DNA from: Selaginella moellendorffii
Taxonomy: Eukaryota > Plantae > Lycopodiophyta
Assembly: GCF_000143415.4 (NCBI RefSeq)
Contig: NW_003314411.1
Location: forward strand, 214,540 to 278,539
Direction of reading: 5' to 3'
Length of the DNA stretch: 64,000 nucleotides
Within the stretch, counting starts at the first letter, position 1, and every line of letters begins with the position of its first letter. Shown here one piece after another: positions 1 through 12,700 of the stretch. Both the position numbers and the translations under genes were made by a program. The notes beneath the pieces were generated by a model. That model was not told the origin of the DNA, did no database searches, and worked only from the letters and a program-made list of their open reading frames with translations.

Positions 1-571
1 ACCAAAGCCTCCAGATTCACGTGATGAAGATGATCCCGGAGATGATTTAGAAGACGGAGAAGTTATAGGTATTATCACTTTGGAAGACGTGATTGAAGAG
101 CTGCTCCAGGTAAGAAGCCTAGCTGCGAATACCTTCGCCTTAACAGATTTCTTGTATCTGATTTCCAGGAGGAGATAGTCGATGAAACTGACGAATACGT
201 AGATGTTCACAGGAGGTAAGCATCTTCTTGCGGCCTCATGTCTTAAATCTCGTTTTTCGTGCCAGAATTCGTGTTGCTGCTGGATCCGTCTCGAAAGTCG
301 CCACTAGTGTCCGTCGAGTGGGGTCGTCGTATCGTGTTTTGGTAAGCTTCTTCTGCTGTTTCTTGTGGCTGTCTTTACTTTGTTTGCATTCGCTTGTCAG
401 GGGCCTACTGGTGCGAAGTCCAACATAAACAGCCAAGTGTCCGGGGGTAGCCCGAATCGTTTTGTCCTAGAGGCAGATTGCAAGCAAAACGCTGAGAAGG
501 CGACGCATAAGCCCACGTCGGAAGGCTTGACAGAGCCTCTTCTTGGAAATGGTGGCGTCGTGGTGGCATAA
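1..571 (+). CDS. DUF21/CBS-domain (CNNM/CorC-like) protein, 3' exons only (<1-109, 169-215, 266-341, 401-571)
   Basis: Spliced translation ...GEVIGIITLEDVIEELLQ|EEIVDETDEYVDVHR|RIRVAA... is the conserved C-terminus of plant DUF21-CBS proteins. Canonical GT-AG introns of 50-59 nt; TAA at 569-571. Confidence 0.9.
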
Positions 572-633
572 AAAGTCGGCTTTTTTTTTGTCGCCCAGAG
601 TTTTATTCTCATACAATCTGGACTTTTTGCAGC

Positions 634-1816
634 TTAGGAAGTCTTGAGCATGGATACAAGCAGTCGACGAGGAGGCTTGGATGGATGCCTCGAATGGAGC
701 ACGGCGTGATTGTTCACAACCATGACATCTCCTGGCTTCCACTTGTGAGGTACTTGGTGGTCGTTCATAAATGCAAGGGAGGCTTTAAGAGCGTCTAGTG
801 GAAGCGGTGTTCCATCGCCATATTCCAAATGCCGGAGGTTTGGAATGGTGGGATCGGAAGAGCCAATGTTGTTGAACCACGTCTTTGAGTTTTCCTTGAG
901 CTGCTTGATCGCCGGGCGGGGTCCGTGGTAGACTTTCACTCGTCCGTCGTCTAACCATTGTAGTTTCTTTGACAACTTTGAAGCTCTGCAGGGAAGTCCC
1001 GGATAAGACACTTTGGTGCTCGAAGATCGAGAGCAAGAGAAGCAAAAAAAGAGATCGCTACTTACTTGAGCTCCGCCTGGGATCGATCATCCGTGCCAAA
1101 CTTCTCCTTCCACTCGTCCTCGGCGAGAAAGTTGTAGTAGACGAGGCCTTTCTCCTCGAGGTTCCGTACGAACTCGGGGTACTCGCGGGCCATGGCGTCG
1201 TACACCGTACGGCCTTGTACGATCCCCGTCTCGCCTCCCTCCGGTGGAGCGATCTCGCAGAAGAACATCACCACGTCGGGATAATCCGGCAGCTGTGGAG
1301 AGAAACAAGACAAAGATCGCGAGTTGCGTGGGCGATTCATGAAGAGAAGCGGGAAATCTTCGCGATCGGGAGGACATCGTGAAGAGAAATCGTGAGAAAT
1401 CGCGAAGAAATCGCGAAGATCCGTGAGGAGGGAGGGATACAACTCACATAGGCCATCTCGTTGTGGAATCCAATGCGAATTTCCAGCGGCAGCTCATTGG
1501 CAGTGAAGACAGGGCCGACGATATACGTCCTAGCCGCTGCGCCCGCCTCGTATCCCATGCTCTTGTATCCAAACGCCTCCACCACCGTCGCGAAATCCTC
1601 GGCATTCTTCACTGGGAAGCCCCGGAAGAGGATCGCGCCGCTGCTGTCGAGAAGGGATTCCAGACCGGGCTTGTTCTTCCGGATCGCCGCTGCCAGGGCT
1701 TCCAGCGAGGGATGATCGCTGCCGGGAACTAAAACCTGTGGAAATGGAGGATTGGAGTGATTTGCAGCAGGTGGATCAGCCACAAACTCCGCCACGGCCG
1801 CCAATAGATCCGCCAT
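634..1816 (-). CDS. Clavaminate synthase-like (TauD/TfdA family) Fe(II)/2-oxoglutarate dioxygenase; exons 1816-1448, 1292-1066, 985-634 (~315 aa)
   Basis: Motifs GAILFRGF, VFTANE, IGFHNEMAY (HxE), FFCEIAP..GGET and W..GDV..VNN..VLHSR (distal His). GT-AG junctions keep the frame. Confidence 0.92.
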
Positions 1817-2133
1817 AGCTAAGCTCTAAGTCCTACTATCTTAGTCAATAATGTGTGATTATAATACTGACACGTCAGCCACAAGCAAATAGTTACAGGT
1901 GGCTTTCCACGTCAGCTAGCTATTGGTCTGGTTTGAACCTCCGACCTGTGGGGTTTATTGCGCTTATTCGCGGGAACATCACATTTCCTCGCGAGGCGCA
2001 TCGATCGATCGGGGCGCGATGGCGAGGGCGCGATGATCCTTTGACGCCAAGACGGGGAAATCTCCCACGCGCGGCGCTGGAGCTCTGAAGCTGGGGCGTT
2101 CTTGCTGCCTGATCGGATTCTTGCTTTTAGGGA
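1817..2133. promoter_or_regulatory. Putative bidirectional promoter between dioxygenase and nucleotidyltransferase
   Basis: About 320 bp between divergent starts. Two CACGTCAGC ACGT-core (bZIP-type) motifs at 1871-1879 and 1908-1916. Confidence 0.5.
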
Positions 2134-4045
2134 ATGCTGGGCTCGTCGGGCGGGCACTGGCCTGGGAATGGCTTCTTCTCGTCGGGAGGTGCGAAATCTA
2201 GGCCCTTTTACGGGATTTCTTTGTTGTGATGTTTCCCTCTTTCCAGAGATTCGGAAGAAGGCGCAAGATGTTGAGGAACTCGTGAACGCGAGCTTTTCAT
2301 GGACAGCGCAGAAGGAAATTCGCTTCTCCCGGGCGATTGAAGAGATTCTTGGCGACCTGGAGCCCTCCCAAGAAGATCGCGACGCCCGAGCAGCTATTGT
2401 CGCCTCGTTCGACAGCTTTGTCAAGCAGACTTTATCTGGTGAGTGTCTCTCATAAAAATGCGTGATTTTTCTCTCCAGCTGTTCTCTTCTCTCTCTTTTC
2501 GTTAGAAGATGATCTTTTTTCTTTTCTTTTTTCTCTCCCCAGGCTCGTCCGTCGTTGCTCCTTTTGGATCATATGTAACCAACACATTCACTTGTGACAG
2601 CGATCTCGATCTATCGCTTTACGTGAATCGTATGAACCCTCTTTCCCGAGAAGAAAAACTCTACTTTCTGAAAAGGGTCACGACCAGTTTGCAAGCAATG
2701 CATGGTAAGCGTAAAGCTAAGATTAAAGTCTTTCATTCATTCTTACTCGTTTTCTTGTTGGCTGGCAGCACGGTATGATCAAATACAGCCCATTTACAAG
2801 GCTACTGTTCCTGTGGTGAAGTTCGTGGACCGTAAAACTGGAATACAGTGTGATCTCTCTGTAGACAACAAAGATGGTGCATCAAAATCGTTGGTACTAG
2901 CTGCTCTATCTTCAATCGACAAGCGCTTTCGCCCACTCTGTCTACTGGTACCATAAGTGTTGAATGTCAGTCGTTTTCTGAGATGTTCCGTTCCAGCTGA
3001 AAAAATGGGCTAAATCTCACGAGATCAACGATGCTAGCGCTGGTACCTTGAGTTCGTATGTCATCACACTTTTGGCCATATTTCACCTTCAGGTCAGGTT
3101 GTCTAAGGAGTTGTTTTGGAGTGCTTTTTGACATGCGTACTTTGCAGACATGCTCCCCTCCAGTTCTCCCGCCATTGTCTATGATTATTGGAGGTTTTTG
3201 CCACTCTTTAACTTTTATATTATTGTTGAGTGCTCTTTAGCAAGGTTTTGTCCTCGTCACAGATCTCCGTCCTCGTTTTCTCTTCTCTCATATATTGTTG
3301 GTTTGATGAGATTCGTTAGTATTTTCTCATTACTCGGCTTGCTTTTTGCAGGACTGGACCTACGTGATGCTTCCTATTGCAGCGGGTTTATAAGTGCCCG
3401 CGCCAAAGCTTTTCAGGGCTTTGGTGCTCGCAACATGGACAGAATCTCCGAGCTCTTTAGGACCTTCTTTGTAAAGGTGTTGGACTCAGTTCTAATTTGT
3501 GTTCACTCAGTTTTCCAATGCGTAGATCACCGCTGTCAAGGCACTCTGGCAGGAAGGACTCTGTGCGAGTACTTACCATGCACAGTGGATCTCAAAGTGG
3601 CCAAGCTTTCACAATGGTTGCATTTGCGTAAGTTTAGCCTTCCGCAACATGATCATGCTCCTGATGACGTTCGCTTATGTTTTTCAGGTGGAGGATTTTT
3701 ATGATCCGTCACGGAATGCTGCCAAAGCCGTGACACCCAAGGACTTCGAGTACATCTACCAGTGCCTGGAGAACTCGGTAGATGCGTTCCGAAGGCCAAT
3801 CACGGATATGGAATCGTTCAAGAAGATGATCGTCGGCGATGGATGTATGCCGAAGGTTACTCCACCACCACGGCCTGAGCCACGATTCCCAGACCCGCGC
3901 GACATTCGTCCCAGCCTCGCAGTGCCTCTCCTCCTCCAAGGCCGACCTCACAGGCCTGCATTGGGACCTCCAAACCGCCGGTTCTGTGAGTAGTTGCTCT
4001 TCACTAGCTTCTAGTTGTTTGCTCACCATCCATGGATTTACAGAA
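2134..4045 (+). CDS. HESO1: HESO1/Cid1-family terminal RNA uridylyltransferase (approx. exons 2134-2188, 2247-2438, 2543-2704, 2769-2948, 2997-3092, 3148-3193, 3352-3476, 3526-3627, 3688-3985, 4044-4045)
   Basis: Pol-beta NTase motif PFGSY..NTFT.DSDLDLS, A.VPVVKFVD..TGI.CDLSV.N, LKKWAK.HEINDAS.GTLSSY and PAP-associated VEDFYDPS.NAA. ATG 2134 gives the correct phase into exon 2. Confidence 0.85.
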
Positions 4046-4260
4046 AAACTGAGGAAACGCAATCAAACTAATTCGTCCGAGTGTCAAAGGCGAACTTTAA
4101 AGTTAAGGTAAATTATTGTTTCCATGGAACTCCTCGGAGCACAAAGTGCTCTGGAAGTTCTTCATTATAATTTATCTCTTCCATCTCATGTTTGATTGTT
4201 GGTCACTTGCAAAGAAAATAGCTTTCATTCATCTAGTATCACTGCATCAAAGAAATTCTA

Positions 4261-4980
4261 TTACACCGCTCCAGCCATTCTTGCTGATAGTTCTTGGTCC
4301 ATCATTTTGATGATAAACTGTTGCAGCTTAAACAGATCAAACTCGATATGGTAGTCACCCCTGACATCTCCAGTGAAGTGAGACATGGGAAACTTGATCA
4401 CAAAGCCCTCGCTGGCCTTGCAAAACTCCGGCCCAAACATGATCTCCCTCATGTCACGGCTGCCTTCCTCCTTGGCGAGAAACGTGAATTGGCAGTCGCT
4501 CGTAACTTTGACACCGATCACCAACTTGTAACCAGACTGCTCCCACGTCTCCACCACCTCTCGCAATGTCTCGATCGTCTCGTTCCTGTACGCCACTTCG
4601 ACCACGGCCCTCGCTCTCGCCATGTCCGAGTTGGAGAAATAGCACTGATCCGGTTCCTTGTCGCCCGTCACTGTTGGAAGGCGCGAAGCTCCGGCGGGCG
4701 TGATCACGTCTAAACACTCGTCCACACCAGGAAGAGTGCAAATCTGCGAGATGATGCGAGTGTTGAACCATTGCGAGACGGTCTCGTGAACGATGGAAGG
4801 ATCCCCGTGCATCCACACATCGCCTTCCTTGTATTGCAATCTCCAGTGGCACTCCAAGCCATCCATCCAAGCATCATAAACTGCCCATGGTACCTGTTGG
4901 GCAACGAGGAATGGCCCCTCTTTGTCTCCCTCTTCATATGCAGCGATGGCCTCCCTCAACCCCGTGTCCAAGGACTCCAT
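4261..4980 (-). CDS. Intronless Uma2/DUF820-like PD-(D/E)xK restriction-endonuclease-fold protein (239 aa), copy 1
   Basis: PS.VHE, KEPDQCY and VVEVAY motifs in Uma2-type spacing. The ORF is preserved in the second copy. Confidence 0.7.
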   Translation of the reverse strand: MESLDTGLREAIAAYEEGDKEGPFLVAQQVPWAVYDAWMDGLECHWRLQYKEGDVWMHGDPSIVHETVSQWFNTRIISQICTLPGVDECLDVITPAGASRLPTVTGDKEPDQCYFSNSDMARARAVVEVAYRNETIETLREVVETWEQSGYKLVIGVKVTSDCQFTFLAKEEGSRDMREIMFGPEFCKASEGFVIKFPMSHFTGDVRGDYHIEFDLFKLQQFIIKMMDQELSARMAGAV

Positions 4981-4981
4981 A

Positions 4982-5970
4982 TGACAGAAAAGAATTCTTC
5001 CCTATTAGGGAACACAACAAAATAAAGGTTACTTTGGGCATGTCAATTTCATATTATCTCAGAATTTTCATGTTTCAAATTACGTTTCCTTGTCAACATA
5101 TAACACCTAACTAATGCTATATTTGGAGCAACTAGAGTTTAATATAGCTTTCCCATCATTCCATAAAAAGAAAACATACACTCTTTCAATTTTAAAATAT
5201 AGTAGTATTTCAAAGCTTAATAATTAAAAGATCTGTTTTTTTTATACTTTAATCATATTTTAATTTGTGTTGATGTAAAAGATTATTTCAATTGTATTGT
5301 AAAGTTATGAAAGATGGTTAAAATATAAGAGGGTTCTTTATTGTGGATAATACCACCAAATAAAAGTTGTTATTAATTATGTGTAATCTAAACTTTAGAT
5401 TTGACAGAAAAAGTGCCAAAAAAGCTGTGGAGGGGATTGCAATATATTTTACAAATTATTTATCAATAAATATTAACTTTGAATTTAATTTATTTTCTTA
5501 TAAATTTTAGTATTTTAAAATATATTGTAGATTGAACTCAAGTAGGCTTTTATAATTTTTATCATAATTAATTAAATTTAAAAATTATATTGCAATTTTC
5601 TCAGTTAAATTATCAATTCAGCTAACATATTATATAGTTTTATAGATTTACTTATTTATATTAAACTTCTATTTGCTTATATGTATAATATACTTATATA
5701 TTTGTTAGAGATAAATTTAATCTTACATGCAATGAAAGAGTAATTTAAGTAAATATAAAGTATAAGATATATTTTTAAAGAAAAAGAAATTAATTAATAG
5801 CTCTAGTTACAAAATTATTTATAGTTAAAAAAGTTAATTTTGTAAATTTTCTATCTTTCATTAAACAATATTCTAAATAATAGTTATTAAAGTTAATATT
5901 GAGAAATTGTATTTAACAAAAAATTTACTAATATAATATAACATAAAATTATATTAATATTATAAATACT
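4982..5970. other. Extremely AT-rich non-coding segment, probably a decayed TE
   Basis: Abrupt switch from GC-balanced gene DNA to very AT-rich sequence immediately upstream of the nuclease ATG. Confidence 0.5.
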
Positions 5971-6087
5971 TGAAATATAAGAATAGGTATATTAATTGGG
6001 GTTTAGACCGTACTTATATACAAGAATGGATAAATCAAATTCAATCCCAAATAGATAGTCCATATGCTATTATAATTAGTGTATTAC

Positions 6088-6153
6088 CTATACATACATA
6101 CATATATATGTATATATATATATATGTATATATACATACATGTATATATATAT
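6088..6153. repeat. (TA)/(TACA) microsatellite
   Basis: tatacatacatacatatatatgtatatatata... Confidence 0.9.
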
Positions 6154-7482
6154 GTAGGTCGGCGCCGGTCACAGATTAAAACCAGAGTTTTCACCTCAAG
6201 TTTTATTGGTGAAACTTAGACTTACAACCTTATTCCATCCTTCCCTTTGGAAGATGAAAAGGTAATGACAATAAGTCAAGTGGAATATATAAAACTTTTA
6301 TTAGGTGATTATAAACTACCACAAGAATCTGAAGCTATTTTAAAACTATTAACAAAGTTGATGATAACCATGGCTTAAACAAAATCCAAAGCCATGGCAC
6401 AAACATCAATAAATTATAGAGTCCCAATAAATTAATTCCAACTTTATATATATGCTCAAACCACCATTGTAGCAAATAATACATTTCATCTTTAAGTTTA
6501 TCTATTGACAACCACCATTAATTCAAACTCACTACTATAAGCAAAAGTTGTTTTTATGTCTTCCTTTTGGTCAACATCTAAAATCTGTTTTAATTTAAAC
6601 TTACAACCATTGTATTCATCTAACACTACATATTGGAAGTCAAACTCACTCTGTTCATTTTCCACATCTTTGTCATCCCCTTCTCGAAGGAAAATAAATT
6701 TTGAAGCACTAGATTTGTTTAGACTTGTTGCATTTGTCCCCACTTTTCTATCTATGTTTGGCCTCACTATATTAGGGTTACGTGTTCTATTTGGACTTGT
6801 TATATTTGTCTTTACTCCACAATTTATGACATTTGTTTTTGTTGCACTACCATATCCATTTGTCCTCACTCTATCATTGAGGCTGGACTCCCATTTATCC
6901 CCTCTACCCCCTCTTCCAAAGAAAAAAAAGTTTGAAGTGTTGAAGATAAAAAGAGAAAGTTAGAAAGAGGAAAAAATATTATGGAAGAAGAAAAAGTGGA
7001 TAAAAAAGTATCAAAGAGGAATTTTTAGCAATTATTAAAGTACAAATTGGGAGAAAAGAAGGAAGCATATTCAAAGTTTAGAGAACAAAGGATCTGCTAT
7101 GATAAAATGCTTTAACTACCACAAGATATATAAAAGATTTACACTGTTCAACCTTCTCAACACATAATTCAACACTTGAAACAGAAAAATCAATAGAAAA
7201 ATTCACACTCTCAAAAGAACACATAAACCCCTTAGTAACAATGATAAATAAATGCTCTCAATGACACTTACAATTAGGAATATACATTTAACCCAAAACT
7301 CTAGCAAAAGTGACTTAACCTTTGGAATAAAAAAATACTCAATACTAGAATTGATCAAAGACTCCACCAAAGAAACAAAAGTAAAATTCTTAGCTTTACA
7401 TATATACTTAACATCTAAATTAGTATGAAAAGGATAGAAAACACTCAACTTAACACCGGATTGAGAATGAGAAACATAAAAG

Positions 7483-7665
7483 TGTAAGAAACCATAGGAA
7501 ACAACTCGAAAGATGATCCATACAAATTTAAATATAAAAGGAAAGGGCTTATAAACAAATATGCACTCTCTTTTATAATTAGATGCATTCTCTTTTCCAA
7601 TTAGTTAAGAGTTTTGGGATACTTCCTTAGTATTGAATTGGGTGACCTCCTGAGAAGTCCAAATT
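7483..7665 (+). mobile_element. Degenerate 5S-rRNA-bearing (Cassandra-like) LTR
   Basis: TGTAA start, similar to 59748-59942, and contains gggtgacctcctgagaagtcc. A second, inverted fragment lies at ~7832-7900. Confidence 0.65.
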
Positions 7666-8797
7666 AGAAATAACTAGAAAGGATAACAAAGAATATAAGA
7701 AGGTGGCTTAAGCTGAGAAATAAGAAAATATTGGGAAAGAGTAGAAGATAAATAGAAAGGATCAAATATCACATTAAAGGATTAACATTTACTCTGCAAA
7801 ATCTTTAACTCATTTATAAACCTATCTGTAAGTTCTTAAATTTGGACTTCTCGGGAGGTCATATAGCTTGGTATTACTTAAATTTGAGGACATTTAACCA
7901 TAAGTATTCAAAAACCTTTAATCTTCCCTTTATATTTGAACTTAATAGATTATTTCTCAAGTTGTTCTTTTTGGTTACTTACACTATCTCTATAATAATC
8001 AAGTTCCCCATCATAATCTGGAATCTATTTGAATTCATAAACATTATTTTCCCATAAACTTGATCTTTAAACATTCTCCAAGAACCAAACTGCATTGTCT
8101 ATATCTCGCCAATTGATGTCACAATCACAAAACACCGAGAACAAAATAAACTATATAATCACATCCCATGGAAGTTAGAGGTGACAACACACTAAAGATT
8201 GGTATAGCACTAATATGATCACACCCCATAACACCACAACACCAAAAGTTCAATTTAACAAAGTAGTATTGATAGCCTTAAGTGATATACTCTTTAATTG
8301 ATGATAGCATAGCATAATAAAAAAAGAGAATGCAATGAAGATTAGAAGAAAGAGCAAATCTATGCATAACAATAGCTAGAATTATAGATCTTGCAAAAAG
8401 TTAATATAAATCTAAATCTAAAAGAGAATGAAGAAATAAAAACAAAAGGCACAATCCCAAACATTAGAGTAAATCACCACTAAAAAAGTTTGTCTTTTAT
8501 GGATAAATTTCAGTGCCTTTCATCTCCTCTAATGTGATATAGAAGTAGGTATATTAATTAGGGTTTAGACACTTGCTTTATACACACACACACATACATA
8601 CATATACATATATTTATAAATCTTGCAATATCAAGAATCCTTATCTTAATTAAATATAGTTTATTACATATTGAAATATTAATACTTAATCTCTATATTA
8701 CTAGCTTATGAATTCAATAATTTATACATTTGAATCTCATGGAATTTATGAAATTAATGACAAAATATGAGGTCCACACAAGATTTTAATATAATAT

Positions 8798-9588
8798 TGT
8801 GAGGTTTAAATGTACAGCTATGATGTTGTATAATAATATTAGCATAATGCTGTTAGATTGGTTCAATCCAAACCACTTACTCCTGTATATAAGTTAGGAT
8901 TTTTTGGGCTAATTAATATGCATATTCCCTTTCTATATTCCATACACTCACATTGGTGGAGTTGAGAGGCATTTTTAATTGTTCCTGAGGAGTGCTTAAA
9001 TTTGGGATTTTGGTTTAAATTTAGTTTTTGCATTGTCTAGTCTAGCTTTTTCCATTTCCTTTCTTTTGTTCTTTCCTTTTAGGATTCTAGTTTAGATTTA
9101 GCTTTTTCATTGTCTAAATCTCCCTTTCCCTCTAGCTTTTTTCATTTCATTTCTTTTGCTTTTTTCTTTTCATTCATCTTCATGGCAGAGTAGCAGTCTC
9201 TTCTTCCTTTGACTCTGGAGCAATAGTTGCTACAATTGCTAGATGCTATGTGATTGCAATTAAACAATGGTACAACTCCTTTTGCTCTTGGTGCCAATCT
9301 TTGCATTTAGCTGGAATTCTTTTGTGGAAATCCTGGGGATGATGTGTACCATTGGTTTGATTATGTTATAGTGATTGCCACATATCATTCTTAGGATGAT
9401 GTTTGACATTTGCATGAGCTTCCCATATGTCTCCAAAGGACGGTGCTGCAATGGTACAATGGTTTGAGTGTGGCCATTCGTAAGGATTGGAGTATTCTTC
9501 TGGATGTCTTCAAATGCACAATCGGATATGTTGATGATTATGATAGTGCATTCCAAAAATTGCATGGTCTTCATCAAGGGCCATTTGA
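8798..9588 (+). mobile_element. Gypsy family B: short 5' LTR (8798-8952), tRNA-Ala-type PBS and decayed gag start
   Basis: TG...CA LTR homologous to 24875-25036 and 28993-29156, followed by TGGTGGAG. Gag-like sequence matches ~25240-25670. Confidence 0.7.
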
Positions 9589-9744
9589 GTCATCTCAGAC
9601 TCCATCTTAAGTCCATCTTAAACTCCATCTCGGTCCATCTGATTTCCATATCAACACTTCCATATGTCATGTGTTAGTCCTCTTGTGTCCCTTTTCTAGA
9701 GACTCATTTATTGCTTATTTCGTGCTCGTTCCTTGAGCATGAGA

Positions 9745-12700
9745 TACCTGGTGTGGCTCAACAAAACCTCGCTCTAAGCTCATGGCTAAAGCACCCAAAG
9801 GCAGAAGGCGGGGAGAGTACCCATGAGGCTTGCGTAAGACCACGGTATTCCAAATCAAAGTCCCAGACTGTGGAAAGGAAGAAGAGTAGTCCTTTGGTGT
9901 AGTGACTAAGGATATGGTTCATATGGTGAGAAAGTCCCAGAGGACCATGGGACTTAGTAGTCGGGCCTGTAGGCCTTGATCCTGTGGCAGTATTGGCAAA
10001 CACGGCCATGGACAAAAAAAGACTTGGTAGGGACCAGAAAAGGGATATTAGGAAAGGCTATTCCCCATGTATGTAGGCATCCTAAGGATGCTAAGGAGTG
10101 GAGCTAAGATGATCACTCATGGATGGATGGCTCAGTCTTTGAGAGATGGGACTATGATGCAATTGGTGTTAGACCATCGGTGTAACCAAGGTGAAGGGGT
10201 ATAGCCTTAACGTAACAGATTGATATATTGGTGGTACCTTGGGGTGTTAGTCATAGGATCAAACACGTGAAGCACTTGAACCAAGTGCAAAGGTTGAGTG
10301 GCATGGATGCCATTCTCGGGGATAATAAGCCCCAAGTACGAAATAGGACTTATGGAGGTTGTGAGTGAGACTCCTCCAAGTGGTCAGAGGTGCGGTTAAG
10401 TGACTAAAGTAGAATGGAAAATTTAGTCACTTACAATTTGGTATTAAAGATGTTCCTTAGTTCGACTTTTATTGGTGGCTAAGTATATCATCACTAATAT
10501 TGGCATCAGAAAGTCCTAGGAGTGGGCCTATCCTTGAGGAGTATCAAGTCGGGAAGACATAACTCTTCACTACAATTCATGTGTAAAGTTGTAGGTGAGG
10601 TGGTGGATAGAAAAAGGCCAATAATGGAATGACTTTGTGATTTTGGGAACAATATAAAGTTTTCCTCAGAGAGTTGAGGATGTGATTTAAATGAGCATTT
10701 GATTAAGCAAACAGGAAAATTTAATTGTGGTAAACAACTATAGTTGGGATCACAGGAAAGATAAAGACTCCAAAACAATAAAAAGAGTCACAAGATTATC
10801 TTTATATAGTTGAGGCTTGTGCTCATGAATTTGAAACCAAAATTAATGACTGTGAGAGGTCAAATACGGATGAGGACACAAGTCCTTGAAATGGTAGCCG
10901 AGGTTACTTTTTATAAATGCTGGAACAAACCCAAGGAGTTAGGTTATACTTAGAGGATGAGTCAATATTCTTATCATAGGGGCGAATAGTCCTAGCCCAT
11001 AAGGAATGGAAGATAATCAAATGTTGGAATAACACTTGCAAGATGGTCTTTATGAGTAGGATATGAATACACGAAGTTGTATTCCAATGAGCTGGCACCT
11101 CAAAAATAAGACCTTACAAGTCACTGGATTAGTAAAGTCCAAAAATGTTAAATGACTTAAGTAGAGTCAAGGAATGGTCCTAAGGAATTGGTAAAAAGCA
11201 TTTGGACTGAGGTGTGTTATGCCTCACGAAGGATAGGGAGGATTATACAATCCAAGTATGAGAACAATAAGTATTTCATTGATGGCAGAATGTGCCATAC
11301 TAAAGTTGTGGGAAAGGTGTTCCTAGAAGAAAACAACTTTGACATAAAGTGGTGTGTAGACTCTATGGTGCAGTGCTAATGGATAGTTAAAATGAGAAAG
11401 AATTGTATTGGTCTTAGCAAGGACCTAAACACGAGAAAGAAGTGTCATAAAGGTAGGCTCGTGGAGCCGATGGTGTGAAGACACCAAATGTGCCAAGGCG
11501 TGATACCTTGAGGTCATGAGAACCCTTTTCCAAAGAAATCCTAATAAAAATGGGAATGGTATAACCTAAGTTGGAATGCATGCAGTTAGAGTATAGTGAC
11601 CCAAATAATGATAGAGGCATAGAAGCACTAGCAATGAGTTATAGGATTTGATAACTATGAGGCAACTAAGCAAAAAGTGTAAAATAATTGATTAAACTAG
11701 TAGAAGATAACTACCCAAGACTTTTTAATAGGATAAAGAAGTTAGATATACCCTTATGGGGGATAAATTGCTTATGTTGCAATATAATAAGTTAATGTCA
11801 TAAAAGAAATGTTCATTGTCAAAGAGGCCATCATTAAGACACCCAATCCCAGTGTGTGGGATTATAAAATGTGCATACCCGGATTAAGGAACCACTCCCT
11901 AGGCTACCGGGTAGATTCATCCCTATAAATACTTGCTAAGGCATGGTAGAAAGTGCAAAGCAAGTAGAAGGGGGAAAGAATTGAATCATAAGAATCGAAA
12001 GGCATAACCAAGGTTGGTTATACAAGTTAGGAGTGGAGAATCAAGTGGGCGCTTGAATATGTTATTATTAGCAATTGTGATGCCATAGAGAGTTTAAAGC
12101 ATGGAATTGTCCATGTTAGACCATATGGCAATTAAAAAGCTTGCGAAAAGAGAGGCTTTAGCAAGCTAAGGGACAGTCTTTTCAAGGTCCCCCAAAACAA
12201 TTCTAGGTAGCTTAATACCTAGAAAGCCAAGTGTAAATGGTTCATAAAACACACGAAATTAAAGTGGCGTAGTTGAAGCATAGTCTTGAAACTTGCTATA
12301 AAGCAAGGCTATTAAGGTTGGGGAAGTAGTTCCCGAGTGTTCAAAGGAATGACTTTGAATGAAAGTTAATGGTCAAGGACTTTCACACGTATGTATGAAA
12401 CCATGTTACATTGGTTGGATGACTTGCTAAGTGAGATCGGCAAGTCAGGGGAACAAACCCCCTAGTTGAAATTGCTAACTTCAAAAGGGGTGGCCCATGG
12501 GGCCGAGCATGGAGGAGTCCATGCATAATCACAGACTTGTCAAGTGAGAGGATGCATATACAAAGGTTAACTAAGTTCTTAAGCTGTGATCTATAGTGCA
12601 CTTTAAATATAAATTGGTGCACCGGTGTGGGGGTCACGTCAGGCATTCTGGGTGATGCCATCCGTAAATGCATATACAGAGGTTGGATTTGAGTCTCAAC

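Larger units (their letters stand above)
40..4981 (+). repeat. Segmental duplication, copy 1 (matches ~30804-31035 + 53291-57627)
   Basis: Collinear near-identical sequence including introns and intergenic DNA. Homology ends at ...CTCCATA (4981 / 57627). Confidence 0.97.

Noticed and set aside
2543-2948. cGAS/CD-NTase-type signalling enzyme
   Set aside because: Motifs and the PAP-associated domain fit the Cid1/HESO1 TUTase family. The CBASS comparison is only an analogy.
6153-7480. Possible Helitron end or LINE ORF1 remnant (GC hairpin at ~6157-6170, ORF 6498-6869)
   Set aside because: No clear CTRR terminus, TSD or recognisable domain.
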